In this document: in pieces, positions 37,480 through 50,945 of the stretch
Layout of the letters: each line of letters begins with the position of its first letter
How positions within the stretch are numbered: position 1 is the first letter of the stretch
Made by a program: the position numbers and the translations under genes
Assembly (NCBI RefSeq): GCF_036321535.1
Contig: NC_087436.1
Coordinates: 10,168,001 to 10,232,000 of the forward strand
Direction of reading: 5' to 3'
Origin: Camelus dromedarius
Taxonomy: Eukaryota
DNA: 64,000 bases
The notes under the pieces: model-generated
What the model was told of the DNA's origin: nothing
Databases searched by the model: none
Seen by the model: only the letters and a program-made list of their open reading frames with translations

Positions 37480-38241
37480 CGTAACCGAGCAGGACCCTGT
37501 TGTCATCAGTGACCATCCGACATCTACAGTGGTCTTTGTAACTGCCTAACTGTATCATAGTTTCAAGGTTTTTCTCATGCTTTTGCTGACCAGGGTTGAG
37601 CTGGAGAGGAGGAAGGCTTGAGTGGTCTGCCCAACCTCCTCATGGTGCTGTGTGCAGGGATCATGCTCAGTGCCCTGCTCCTGACCCTGGTGCTCTGCTC
37701 TGGACTGCAGTGCCCTTCTCTTGACTCCTTGTGGTTTCCTTGTGTCCTATTGTTCAAGCTGCAGCCCTCAGCCTACAGCAGGAGGTCTCAGGCCTCAGCC
37801 TGCTCAAAAAGCTAAAAGCATTTATTAACCTGACTTTAAACTGCACAAGATTTCTCTAGAGCTCTTTTCCATGGAGCCCCTTCCTAGGCACCCTTTGTTC
37901 TGGGCACAAGAATATTAAGAGAGTCCCAGAGCCAGAGATGAACTTCATATCCAGCCGAGGGAAGGGGATCACTGCATTTGCAAAAGCAAGAACAACTTTG
38001 GAACAATTTATTACCCTGTATGCTATCTCTATGGAAACCAGCTCCACCCCTTGAATTCTTGAATTTTTTACTATAAAACCCTTGCCCTCTCTCCCCAGCA
38101 GGCTCACAGACTTAGAGGCACTAGCCCACTGTGACCTCCTTTGCCTGCAAAGAAATAAAGCTGCCTTATCTACTTCATCCAAAACTCTGTCCTCAAGTCT
38201 TAATTCGGTAAGTGAGGTCCAGAGGCTGTGTTTTGGCAACA
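37480..38241 (+). mobile_element. ERV1-type solo LTR (3' half clear, 5' boundary tentative)
   Basis: TATA box tataaaa 38072-38078, AATAAA 38154-38159, U5-like ccaaaactctgtcctc...ttttggcaaCA end; candidate start (c)gtaaccgagcaggaccct; flanks atgg / acag. Confidence 0.65.
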
Positions 38242-40596
38242 ACAGCACTGCTATGATGAGGCCGTGGGTGGAGTATCTGTGTGGGAAACAAGAAAAGAGC
38301 TGCTTGAAGGTACCATTTACAGAAGAGTAGAAAACTGGAAGGAAGCCGGCATGTGAGAGATTAGTTCTCTTTTGCAGTGAGATCTTTCAGTCATTGAACT
38401 TATTATAATGTTGATGGCACCCACATGCATGTTGCTGCGTGGACAGTCAGGCTAGACACCATCCTCCCAGAAAGATCGTATCAAAGTCTCCCTCATTCCT
38501 CCTTTACTTGTCAATCCGATAGAAAAGGAATTTGATTTGGTTTAAAACTTTTTTCAAAAAGCCATATTGTCATGACAACATCGCACACACCCAATAAAGC
38601 CAATGGATGACACAGTGGGAAAAAAAGCCATCTTAATTCCCAATGCCTTATATTTCAAAAAACTAAACCAAAAAATTAGGGAATTTTTTTAAATATTTTA
38701 TGCCAAGATATGAGACATTGGAATAATGAATGAAGAAAAATATCTCAGCCAAGAGAGAAAAACCTTTAGCTGGAGGAAAATTTAAATACGAAAGTAACTG
38801 AAAACTCAATCACTCCACCATCTTAAGAAAAATAAAAATGAAAGACAAACATACTTCTTTCCCCTTGAAAAAGCCTTCCATCATAAGATGATGCTTTGGG
38901 GAAATCTTTATTTGTAACTATGAGTGTGTGCATGTGTGTGTGCACATGTGCACATTTGTGTTTGCTTCTGCACATTCTATTTTGATGCTTGCATGCTTTC
39001 CATATGGTACCATCATTTTAAACATACTTTATATTTCAAATATCAAAACACACAGTATATGAAAGAAGTTCTATTCTGATTCCCTTATCCTTATCAAAAT
39101 AAAAACGGATTTCCCAAGGGTGGAACCGTGTTCAGCCAAAGACTTCAATAGCAAATAGGATATATGTTTAGTTTCTTTTCATATCTAGACTACTAACACC
39201 AGGTGACATTCTGACCAACCTAGTGAGGTTATGTTCTTCCAGGGGTCATTTTCAAAGAGAGAAACTGAACTAAATTAGTATACAGTTGAGTCTTCACGTA
39301 AGAGAGGACTGAAGACAACTTTCCAATCCAACAGTGTTATTCAGGGGTTGTTTACTTAGGTCTCCTTTGAGAGAGCTACCAAATCCTGTCCTCTACCCCC
39401 AGTCCTCTCTCCCCAGTGTCCTGGATGTCCAGCTGATGCTTGGTGATGTTTCTTGGTGAGCCTAGCTGATGTGAAGCATGGCGAACGAAAGAGGAAAGAC
39501 AGTCGTTGTGCTATTTGTTTACAGTTATCGTAAAAAAAAAATCTTTTGATATGACGGTCTCCTAAGTAATGACCAACTATAAGGTGGCTGCCTCTCTCTG
39601 AATTACCTTTCCTATTCCGATTCCAGAAAATTGTGGCTTACCACACCATTGCCCACTGACTACCATGACTTGCAAATTTATTACAAAATATTGTAAGTTA
39701 TTCATCCCTTTCCAACCCTCTTGTAGTGGGCTCTGTGCTCTCTGAGAGCAGGAGTCTTCAACCTGGCTCACCACCGAGTGCCCCGGCACACGGCGGACAC
39801 TGGTGCGTGGAGCGCATGGCTGAACTTGGCACCACTGGCGCCTTCGCAGAACAACCACTCAAACACAGCTTCCTGCCTGTGTGGGCTCAGATCTGCCTGG
39901 AGGGAGGCCCGTGCTTGTGCGTGGAAGCTTCACAGAAGAGTAAGATCTGCTGCTGCCCAGAGAAGAATGTCTCTATTTAGAACAAATTATTCTATAATAC
40001 AGAACAGTTGTTCTTTGTTTTTGAAATTTCGACCTGCTCGTGTTTCCTCAAAAGACAAAAGGATGAGGCCATGTGACAACTCCCAGGCACCTCTTAGAAG
40101 AATACAGGTGACACCTGTAGTTTCCATCTCATGATCCTTTGACAGAAACGTGTTGGCATTGTTATCTACTCACCCTGGAATATTATTTTAATTGAAATAC
40201 CAAGTGTAGTTCTGAAAGCGCAAATGTAAGGCAGTAAAACAAACAAACAAACAGAAAACAAACGAGAAAAGCACTTTCGTGGGAAAGGGAATGCTCCAAC
40301 TGAAGTCAAATGCTTTTCTCTCAGTCATCTTCTTTTTGTTAGTTTCTGATTGACTGAGGCTCTCCCTCCCCCCACAGACATCAGCTAAGAGACCCGCTGG
40401 CCCCTCATTCCCACAGAATGAAGCCACGGGAAGGTAAGGGGCGGACTGGGCTTGAGACACCGGCACCACTGGACAGTGAGAAACCTGCTGCGGAAAACTT
40501 CCCTGACCTTGGAGTGTGAGTTTGAAAACAAAATCATCCTAAGAGTACCCCCCATCACCAAGGCTGCCCTTAGGGCTCATATAAAAATGGAACCGA

Positions 40597-40752
40597 GGGG
40601 AGGGGAGTACAGCTCAGTGGTAGAGTGCATGCCTAGCATGCACAAGGTCCTGGGTTCAATCCCTGGTACCTCCATTAATAAACAAACAAACAAACCTAAT
40701 TACCTCCCTCCCCCTCATAAATAAATTAAATAAAACCTTTTTAAAAAGTTTA
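40597..40752 (+). mobile_element. tRNA-derived SINE (Vic-1 type) with 14-bp TSD
   Basis: A and B boxes intact. TSD aaaaatggaac(c/t)ga at 40583-40596 and 40753-40766. Confidence 0.94.
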
Positions 40753-41839
40753 AAAAATGGAACTGAAACTCAGCAAGAAGATGGGAGAACAAGCATGCAT
40801 TATGAGGGTAGATATATTGCAAGAAGTATAAAGAAAGCTTTGCCTGATCTCCTATCAGGGTAGAGATTTTCATTGCTTTCCAGGTGTATATATTTGTGAA
40901 GAAATAAAACAGCAAACCTACTCCCCCAGAACTGGGTTCCAGTTGTGGGGTAATAGCCAGGAGACATCAAAATGTTTACTGAGGGCTTTCTTAGCTTTTA
41001 ACCCCAAGCGATCGGAGTAAAACAGAATGAAGCAGGAGAACTCCAGGGATCCCAGGATGTCACCAGCATGACCACACCCACTAAAACTCCTGCCAAAGAT
41101 TAAAGAGAGTCGTGCGGAGGTTCATCCAGAACTGACTGTGGTTGTATCAGCGAAACTGCAAATTGCTCACGCTGGCAAGTAAACAAGGCATTTTGAATTT
41201 CTCTTATGTATGATTACGTATGAGTATTCACTCAGGTGCTAGAAGCTCTAGCTAGAAATCTGATCGCATTCCTGCCCTGTCCAATTTTAAGGCTACAGAC
41301 TACCAGATCTCCAGCCAGCAGAGAATACATAACACCCTCGGGGTAGCGACTTGTTAGTAACTTGCAGTGGCTCTTGGCTCTTCTAAAAGACGGCTGCTCC
41401 ATCAGAAGAGGAGGAAATTAACAGAGCAGTTGTTAAATACTGTTCTTTGTTTTTTTTAAACAGGTATCTCATCTAAAGCATGGTAAGTCATTTCGGTGGA
41501 AATGTAGAAATACCAAAATGATTATTCCTTTTTATTTGGCATAATAAGTTCACACAGAACTTAGATTTTATGAGCTTTCCAGTATCGTCTTTTTTTCAGC
41601 TACAAAATGGACAGGAGCATATTGTTCAACCTAATTGTTACTAAAGCCAAGGTAACTGAATCGATTCACTGCCTCATTTTATTCCTAGAAATGAGACAAG
41701 GAATTAAAGAATACACAGAGTGGCATATTTTATATATTTGTCCAATGGTTTATAAATGGAAAACCACATACAGAGAGGACTCTTTTGGGGAGGACATACC
41801 ATGACAGAAGCATTTGCTGTCCTCATGAGTTTAGATTCA

Positions 41840-42375
41840 TGTCGAGCAGCTGGTTTTGGGGCAGGGGGGCAGGGGGCAGGGCACAGCCATTAAAGGAACG
41901 ACCAGCAACGAGCACCAAGATAGCAGAAGAGTCAGCCCCGAGCAGACCTTGAGCTTCATTTTACACTCACTGTAATTCATTAGCATGGTGAATGGTGCTC
42001 GCAAAGGTGCCGTGACAGTTCCAACGCTGACCATAAAAGGTCAAAAAGTGGGTGATGCCCCATTTCCTGGGACTCCCATCCCCTTCCCCAAAGCAATTGG
42101 AATGATCCTCCCATTTGTTAGCATATGAAGTTACCAACCCCATAAAAACAAACAACCCCACACCTTGGGGTCACTCTCTCTTGCCTTCGGAGATGGCCCA
42201 CACTGTCTATGGAGTGTGTATCTCTCTGAATAAACCTACCTTCACTCAACTATGGCTCACTTACGAATTCTCCCCTGAGCAAAGCCAAGACCCTCACTTG
42301 GCGGGGGCACATCCCAAGGACTCAACTGAGACCAGGGACACAGCCATCCTCTCACACCCCATTTTTCCTATATCA
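41840..42375 (+). mobile_element. MER41-like ERV1 solo LTR
   Basis: TG...CA ends; MER41-type segments (cattagcatg...gtgccgtgacagtt; aatgatcctcccatttgttagcatat; cacactgtctatggagt; aataaac...ttcactc; gaattctcccctgagcaaagccaagaccctc). Confidence 0.8.
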
Positions 42376-43727
42376 GTGTCTCCCATTCAGGAGAGATTCA
42401 GACCTACAATACTTCTGTTTCAGAAAAGATTAGTTTATGCACCCTAACCAAGATTGTGTGCCATTCCAACGGCACTGAGTCGTCACTGAGCTTCCTATAT
42501 TTTTGACTTTTTGACTTCTCTGGGCCCTGAGAATGATTTCTGACTCTTGGTAACTCAGTAGATCAATAAGATGTTTATGAAATATAATAGAAGTAACTGA
42601 GTTACTGACTTAAAGATGATGAAAATGGCATTTTCTCAAATCAGCCCTTGATTTCATTCAGACTTTAAAGATTTTCTTTGGGAAACATTAGGATACCTTG
42701 ATGAATTCACTGACTGTAGATTTGGGGGTAGAAAGAGTAGCAATGAACAAAGTCAGGTTTACTGATATCTTTAGAGGCTATTAAGCCCCAGGTTTCATCA
42801 GACTAGGCAGATTTGCACCTTCCTACTTTAAGAAACCATTTCATCTCAACAGACTCGCTGGCCTCCATTGGCTAAATCATAGAAATTCAGAATCATTAGC
42901 TAAATTAATTGTTTCATGTGGTTGGTCTTTAGAACATTATAAACTGTCATCGAATTACTAAATTGAGAGCCATTAATTGGATGTACTTTGAATATATTCT
43001 AACAAAACGCTATACCTGTCATTCTTAATCACCACTTAAAAACCACCACAAGAAAACTGTGGATGAATCTTAGTGCCATGAAAATACACCATCTAAAAAC
43101 GTTTAAAAATGCTTCGTGTGTGTACATGAAGGCTCAGAATCTGACAAGTCATTTTGGATACTGTCATTTAAGTATCTCCTGGGGGTCACCCAGGGCCCCA
43201 TCATTTCAAGGAGGAAGAGTGCGGAATCCTTTTTCTAAGCTTTTAAGGCCCTTAAATCACAGAGGCAGAAATAACACACATGTTTTTCATGCCTAGGACT
43301 GTGTTAGACCAGGAGTTGAAAATTCAGATCCATTCACTGGAGCCACAGAGGTGCTCAGATGAGCGGAAGTGGTTTGAGGTTCTGGGCTCAGAAGGAGGGA
43401 GAGCTGAGAGATGCGGGGGCCTAGAGCTGAAATGGCCTTTCAAAGGGTCACCCCTGGCCACACTGGTGGTCATCTTAGGGAGTGTGGTTCCAGTAAAGCC
43501 ACATACTGGGGTTTTCAAATAATTACAGGTGTGTGGAATCTTATGTGAAATAATCACACATTTAAATATTGGTAACTAGTTCAGATTTTCAGCAGGTCAA
43601 GTGAAACACACCTGTGGGGCCATCAGGAAGCAGGATTAGACTCTGACATCCTCTGTAGATACATAAATGCTGTTAAAAATAGAAATTTATGTATCTAAAA
43701 ATAAAATAAAAATTAAAAATTGATTTT

Positions 43728-44112
43728 TCAGAGAAAGACAAGTATTATATGATATCACTTAGATGTGGAATCTTAAAAAATGATATAAATTCTGCTTACA
43801 AACCAAAACCACAGTCATGGACATAGAAAACAAACTATGATTACCAAAGGGCAGAGGATGGAGTGGGATACATTAGGGGTTGGGGATTAACAGATACACA
43901 CTACTGTATATAAAATAGATGAACAACAAGGACCTCTAGTATAGCACAGGGAACTATATTCAATTTCTTGTAATAACAAATAACGGAAAAGAATCTGAAA
44001 AGGAAAAACACACATGCATCTATATGCGTAACTGAATTGCTTTGCTGTACACCTGAAACTAACAATGTAAATCAACTAAACTCCAATCAAAAAATTAAAA
44101 AAAAAAAAAAAA
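43728..44112 (+). mobile_element. 5'-truncated L1 3' end
   Basis: cagagaaagacaagtattatatgatatcacttagatgtggaatc...agcacagggaactatattcaa...polyA. Confidence 0.92.
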
Positions 44113-45920
44113 GGACACTGACATGCTGCTCTTCATCACTATTTGTGACCAAACAAAACATTTTGAAAAATAAACCTGGATATTTCATTAATCAACAAAT
44201 AGGAGGTGCCCACTAGGTTGCTGCAACATACTGCTCAGTAAGAAGATGAAAAAGAGATGTGTTTGCCACCTGTCTCTGGTTTGTAAACTGGCTGGCTGAG
44301 GGGAAAAGGGTCTCCTGATAGGATTGCAAGTTATTGAGGACGGAACATGAAGAAAGGCTCAGAGCTGTACATCAGGGGGTTTCTATGAAGGCTCAAGATG
44401 CAACAAGGAGACTTTCCAAGTTCCCTACAGCATCACGTGGTGGGGCTAGAGAGGAAGAAGAAGAGGAAACGCGCAGATTTCACTGTCCTAGACTGTTGTG
44501 CTCAAGTGATGCTCCACGAAGTTGAGGGGAACATCTTATATAGATGTTGCTTGAGAAAAAATGGAGAACTATACAGATGTTATGAAGCAATTTGTACTTC
44601 CCTGAGGGGGAAGAAGAGAGATGTACAGAATCACAGAGCACAGTGTGTCCTTTAGCTACTCCAGACAGCACACAGCATCCTTCGGTGGATAACGTGAAGG
44701 GCACGGAGCGGGTCCATTTCTATTTCCAGCATCAATTGCTTTGGGACCTAGAGGAACAGACTGTCACATGTGGACACTCAGCGCACCCCCCATGTTAAAA
44801 AAAAAAGCAATCCATAACCCAATTGGTTGGAATTGGCATTTTGTGGACCAGTTCTGACATCTATAAATCATTGGCAGAGTTTTAAAATCAAAGCTACTGC
44901 AAAAGCAGGGGCGGCTGTCCTCCCTCTCTGTTATTTAAGGATAAATGAAGAACTGCAGTGGTCAGCCACCAAATTGATGCCTACTGGAGTATTCTTGTTT
45001 GCTTATCCTGGAACCCATCATGTTTACTTCCAAGCAGTGTTCTTTTCATCCACTTTTGCTCTGCAGTAAGTTTAAATGAAAAAGCAGCTCTAGGCAGATA
45101 TGTTATTTAACTTGCTGTCTCCACACTGTCCTTTGGAAATTGAGGAATCCTTATATGTAAGGCTGCAGTAAGCCAAAAATATGGGTAAGTTACATGCTAA
45201 AATCTGGGGTCCCAGCTATATCATGCATAAATTATATAAAGTTCATTGCCTTTGTCTGTATCCTTTACAAGCTCTCCTTTTCCAGCATTGAGTTAGATGC
45301 TAACTTTTATATTTAACTCAGATTCTTACCTTCTTTAGAAAAACATAATAGAAATGAGGAATTTGACAATTAAGTTTATAGATAAAAATACTTACCTTTC
45401 TTACAGCTCCATGTACAATATGGAAAAGTGATACTTTTTGATTCTATCTACTCTGATTATACATGAACCATCAAACCAAACCCCCAAATAAAGGCCAACA
45501 CAAAAAGGAGTCCACACTTTATAAAAGAGATCATTCTCTATTACCCAATGCCTGGCTTTTAAGAAATCAGGTGAGTTCACATTATTTAATCTATGTGATC
45601 TCTTATCTAACTTTCTTGGGAATTGACTTCAGTAAGTAGACTGTTCTCACAGATCCCATCAATTGTTACACTGACTTACAAGTATATTTTTCACACACAC
45701 ACACATGCACATATACACATATACATACACATAGTACACACACATGCACATGGTTTTTTCGACTTTAAAAAGTGATTAAAAAAAAATCAGAGTCCTTAGA
45801 ATCTAAACAGGGAAGTAGGGAGGATTACCTGCAAATACTTGGCTACATTTTACATACTGAGCTCAGCAAAAGCTGTGGATTCTTAGGGGATATTAGCATG
45901 TTAGCAAAAGCTTATTGGGT

Positions 45921-46446
45921 AAATGTCCATCAACAGATGACTGGATAAAGAAGATGTGATACACACACACAAGCACACGCAGATGCGTGCACACACACAC
46001 AGGAATATTATTCAGCCATAAAAAGTGAAATAATGCCATCTGTAGCAACATGGATGGACCTAGAGATTATCACATTGAGCGAAGTGAGTCAGACAGAGAA
46101 AACACAAATATCATATGATATCACTTAGATGTGGAATCTCAAAAACAAATGATACAATTTCTATTTATAAACCAAAACCAGACTCACGGACTTAGAAAAC
46201 AAACTATGGTTACCAAAGGGGAAAGGGAAGGGAGGGACAAATTAGGGGTTGGGGGTTAACAGACACACTATATATAATAAACAAGGACCTCCTGTATAGC
46301 AGAGGGAACTATATTCAATTTCTTGTAATAACCTATAATGATAAGAAAACATGTATGTGTGTATGTGTGTAACTGAAGCACTATAATGTACACCTGAAAC
46401 TAACATTGTCAATCAACTACACTTCAATAAAAAATGTAAAACAAAA
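45921..46446 (+). mobile_element. 5'-truncated L1 3' end next to the RING exon donor
   Basis: aaatgtccatcaacagatgactggataaagaagatgtg...gcaacatggatggacctagag...acacttcaataaaaa; possible TSD caaaagcttattggg / aaaaatcttatcagg. Confidence 0.92.
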
Positions 46447-46525
46447 ATCTTATCAGGAAAAGGGGTCTTGAAAACAAGCCTGCGTAGCTGGGGCTGCCCG
46501 GCGCAGCTGCCCCGGCGACACGTAC

Positions 46526-46706
46526 CTTCCGGAGCGGCTTCAGCTTGGTCTCCATGATGAAGTCGTACTTGCACAGCTCGCAGCAGCGTGTGTCCGAGCT
46601 CTTGATCCACTGGTGGAGGCAGGACTGGTGCACGAAGCGCAGGGTGCCGGTGCAGCGACAGGGCGTGATGAGGGGGCTCTCCTCATCCCCTTCGCAGTGG
46701 CAGATC
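46526..46706 (-). CDS. MARCHF1: MARCHF1 internal coding exon encoding the RING-CH (C4HC3) domain
   Basis: 181 nt = 1 nt + 60 codons: [60 protein letters not shown], matching mammalian MARCH1 as I recall it. Acceptor ...gctccccag|G at 46707-46708; donor AAG|gtacgt at 46525. Ends in phase 0, matching the next exon. Confidence 0.97.
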
Positions 46707-48469
46707 CTGGGGAGCACACAGCAGCCTGGTGAGACCTCTCGGAGGGCGCCCAGCATCCTCCTCCCCGCGCCGCCCAGGCTGGATTAGAAACTGCAACCGC
46801 GGATTTAGAATGCAACGCAGTTCACTTCCACCTCGTGCTGAACCTGAGTCTGGCATAGTCATTGCTGGACTCTTAAGTCACTTTATAAGATTTTAGACAC
46901 TGATGCATCAGAAATGCACCATGACCTCATTCCTACACCGAAGCCAATTTTAACAGCACCACTGTTAAGCTATGTCCTCACCTTAATCTATTAATGGTCG
47001 GTGTCCATGAGCACAAACTTGCTTTAATATATAGAAGTTATGGCTTAGTATTTGAAGAACTATTGTAATCTGATAACTTGCTTTATTTTGATGACAGTTT
47101 TATAGGGCGTGTAATTTAGTACATATGGCATTCCACCAATATGGAAGAATTATGAAAAATTTTAACGTGTTACCATGGACTTAAGTGAATATAGAAGGTT
47201 TTAGCTTGGTAATATTACAAAGAATTTCCTAGGAAGATACACACATCTTCGGTTACAAATGGCCTAAACTGTCAATAATCATCATTGTTTAAAAGTCACA
47301 AAAATTACTGCTTACATAAAGTTTACATACAGTAAATCCTACTTTTAAGACGTTAATTACTACATCCGACGAATTCCAAGTTGAGCTAGTCTACTGAATT
47401 ACTGCGACTTCTGGTGTTGCCGATTCAGTCTGTGAAATCTTCATTATTCTCATCTTTACATTAAAAAAAAAAACTAATTCGTTTTTCTCATTGGATGAGA
47501 TAAGCTTTTCAAACCGCCAGATCATGAATTCAAATCTTAACCCTTCAACAATTCTTATGATTTAACCAGTTGTTAGAAGTTGTTGATAAATTTGATTAGA
47601 ACGATTGCTTGAAATCTGTTAGAAATATGAAGGCCATGTTCCCCAAATACCTGAATAGTTACTGTTTTGAGGTGAGTCACAGTTTAAATGTGGCTGGAAG
47701 GATGTCTGAATTGCTGCCCCTGGCCTTTCCTTTTAGGTCTATGTGCCCTCTTCTCCAGAAGCATGCATTTTAAACAGTGGATTTTAAAATATATTTATCT
47801 ATCTCAGCTGTCTCCCCAGGGGAAATGAAATTTGGTCAGTTTGTTACTGCAGTCAGATACAGGAATTGAAACCCAACCCGCCTCTAACCTCAAAATAAAG
47901 AAGTATGACACAGTACACTAGTATTTTGGGTCTCCTTTTCTTAAGTAAAAATAAAGTAAGCAAAGAGGAAGCCTGGCTTCAGGAGTCCTTTGGGTGGGAG
48001 TGATTGGATGAGAACGCAGGGAAGTTCAAGTCAGTGTCCGTCTTCCCCTGAACTGAGTTAGGAAGTAGCCGTGTTTCTGTGGGAGCTCGTGTCAAAGGCT
48101 GACTCTGTGGGGAGCAAATAAATCTTCTGAGCCCACTCTTTAATACGAAAGCCCGAGACATCTCCTCTCTCCAAACGTGCAGGTCCTGGGATCGGGGCTT
48201 AGTATGCTTTATATCATATCTGTTGCCAGTAGAGTGTTGGTCAGTAGATGTTTGTTGACTCAGAGAATTGTTCAGTCAACAAGCCATGACTTATTACACA
48301 AGCAACCAGTGAAAGCAAATCTGGGTTTCTAAAGCACTGCATTTTGTTGTAATATTTATTTTTGGACCCACGGAAACCTAACGAATTATACATTATGAGT
48401 GGCTGGTACTTTTTTAAGTCCTCTGAACCTCTTCTCTTTCTGCCTCCACTCAAAGATACCCTGCTAGAT

Positions 48470-48682
48470 CAGGGCCAGCAAACCATGGCCCAGTCCTCGC
48501 CGCTGCGTGTTCTGGTAAATGAAGTCCTCTTGGCACACACCCATATGCATTTGTTTATGCAGGACTTCGAGCGCGTTTGCACCGCAACCACAGACACGGA
48601 GAGTTGCTGCAGACGCCACGTAGTCACAAAGACCGCCACGGTCACTACCTGGACCTTCACGGAAAACGTCAGCTTACCCTTG
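48470..48682 (+). mobile_element. MER58A-like hAT-Charlie relic
   Basis: cagggccagcaaaccatggccc...gtaaatgaagtcctcttggcacaca...ctacctggaccttcacggaaaacgtcagcttacccttg. Confidence 0.82.
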
Positions 48683-49162
48683 CCCTAAACACGGTAATGC
48701 TGAGTTCAGGACCACGTCTGACTATTATCGACGGTGATGAAAACAAAGTTTACAAAATAAATCACCCCAACTTCTGCAAGTCACAAGCACTGCAGTAGAG
48801 GTTCCAGAGAGAAGCGCACGATAAAAAGGAAGGTCCCTCCTGGCTTACCCGCAGTTTCTCATTTGAAAAAGAAAAATTGGCCGTTAATGCCATCTGATAA
48901 TTCAGCACTGAAAAGAGGGGTCTAGTGCTGTCTGAGGCTCTGATATTTTTTTTTAACTGACATGAAAAAGTCATTCATCATAAACAGATTGAAGCCAGGA
49001 CCTCACTGATGACCGTGTTCAGACTTGCTGGAATAGTTTCCCAATCGTAGTCAACTTCCTGTATCTTACAGATGCTTTCAGAATTTTTTTCTCCTGAAAC
49101 TGTTCTTTGAAGCATCACCAGCAGTATCATTTTTTTTTCATAAAATTAAGATTATTTCTCTA

Positions 49163-49307
49163 GGGGGCAGGGTATACCTCAGTGGTAGAGTGCATGCCTA
49201 GCATGCACGAGGTTCAATCCCCAGTCCCTCCATTAAAAAGAAAATGATTAAGTAAGTACACCTAGTTACCTCCCCTTGCCAAAAAAAAGGAAAAGAAAAG
49301 AAAAAAA
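49163..49307 (+). mobile_element. tRNA-derived SINE (Vic-1 type) with small internal deletion
   Basis: ctcagtggtagagtgcatgcctagcatgcacgaggttcaatcccc lacks the tcctgg segment before the B box; flanked by gattattt. Confidence 0.9.
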
Positions 49308-50945
49308 GGGATTATTTTCCATAGGGAAATTCAAAAGCTTGATTTATGTTCATTCCCATTTTACAAAATTCTTTTTTTTTTTTTACAGCATTTTAACATT
49401 TTGAAGTTTTTCTAAATTATACAACTCAGGTTGGATCCCAAGAGCCTTTTTTAAACCATGCTGAGACTGTCCTAAATAGATTCAAGAACTAAATATCAAC
49501 TTTGGATATCTCCTGGAAATAAAAAAGTGATAGTGCCATTGCAGAAAGAATGAAACAGTTCTTAAATTGACAAACTTCACGCAAACCACTATTGCTAAAT
49601 TATAACTGAAAACGCAGTAATAAAAAATATAAACATGCTTTATCCAACAGAATAATGGTGTAGAGAACATGATTTTAATAATAAAATAAAAATGCATTGT
49701 AAAATAATCATAATTTTGATGTATTTTTACCTTATGGGAAATCGAGACTTGGTAGTTCAGTGATTTTTTAAAAATCAGTGGTGACTGACGTTGGTGTCTG
49801 TCATCTAGTGATAGGAACAGGCTGAATTCAGAGATTTTATTATTTTAGTATTTTAACTGGAGGCTTACAGTTTAATCAGCATGTGTTAGGCTTTTACCAT
49901 TTATGACTTGAATAAACTTCTACTTCTGTATAATTTCTAGCTTTCTGTAAAGAGTGGAGCATAAAATGCTATATAGCAAATTAAATTTAGAGTATGTGTG
50001 TGTGTGTGTTTTCAAGTCCCTTAATATTTGACTTTTAAGAAAAGTAGGCTTCTTTTTTTTGTCTTGTATATCTTAAAAAGCCCCCCACTGTCCCCACTCC
50101 CTACCCCATCCCTTGCCAAGGCTTCTTGGCTCTGGTAAAATAGTATTGTTTTTTTTCTGCATACATTTTTTTAAAAATAATTCATCACTTTAAAACAATC
50201 TTCATGAGGGCCGTAGTGATTTTGTAACTTGGGAATTCTTTTCATTCATCCATTATTTCATTCATTCACATTTTCTTAGTTCTTGCTACATGCACAGAAA
50301 ACCAGATACCACCATTAGCACGCAGGGTGACTTGAGAGGGAGAGAGAAGTGCCTGGAGGCAGGGACCCCATTTGGGCAATGATTACAATCATCTGGGTGT
50401 TAAGAATCTGGAACAGTGCGGTGACACCGGGTTGGGGATGGGAGACTCAGTCTACAGAGGGTGCCACGATCCCCAGGCCATCGCTTGGTTTCCATGCTTA
50501 GTCTTGGCAGCGAAGCACACCTACAACACGTGACTTTTAAAGGCAGTCATCCCTGTAGCCCTCAGACAGCGTCTCAGCTCCCTTCCCCTAGTCCACGCCT
50601 CTGCCCCCTCCTTTCCCCACCTGCGTTTCCCGCCATGTGCCTCTCCCACTAAATAAGCTTTGAGCACAGCAGTTAGGGATACTATCATTTGTAATGGTTT
50701 AATTTGGATGCAGTCTTTACTCAGAACTAGCCATCACGCTTCAGAGTTTGGCCCCCATTCTTCAAATTCACTTCTGAAAAAAGACTGGCATATCTGTTGG
50801 GCAGAAGCCACGCGGAAAGGCAGGAAGGATGAGAAATTCGTGCTCATGTAAATGAGCGAAGAGAATAATCTCTCTTTTGGTGAAACAGAGCAGAGCAGTG
50901 ACAGGATAGCTGACTAGGGAAATTTTTATTTTAAATTTTCATTTT

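Larger units (their letters stand above)
9760..46525 (-). other. MARCHF1: MARCHF1 intron (36766 nt, GT-AG, phase 0)
   Basis: Bounded by gt at 46525-46524 and ag at 9761-9760; splicing gives the continuous protein ...KPLRK|WEKLQ... Confidence 0.92.

Noticed and set aside
46424..46756. ORF-track extensions of the RING exon (MLGALREV... and ...VRVAGAA)
   Set aside because: Intronic read-through beyond canonical splice sites; the same applies to the 9520-9765 and 541-849 extensions.
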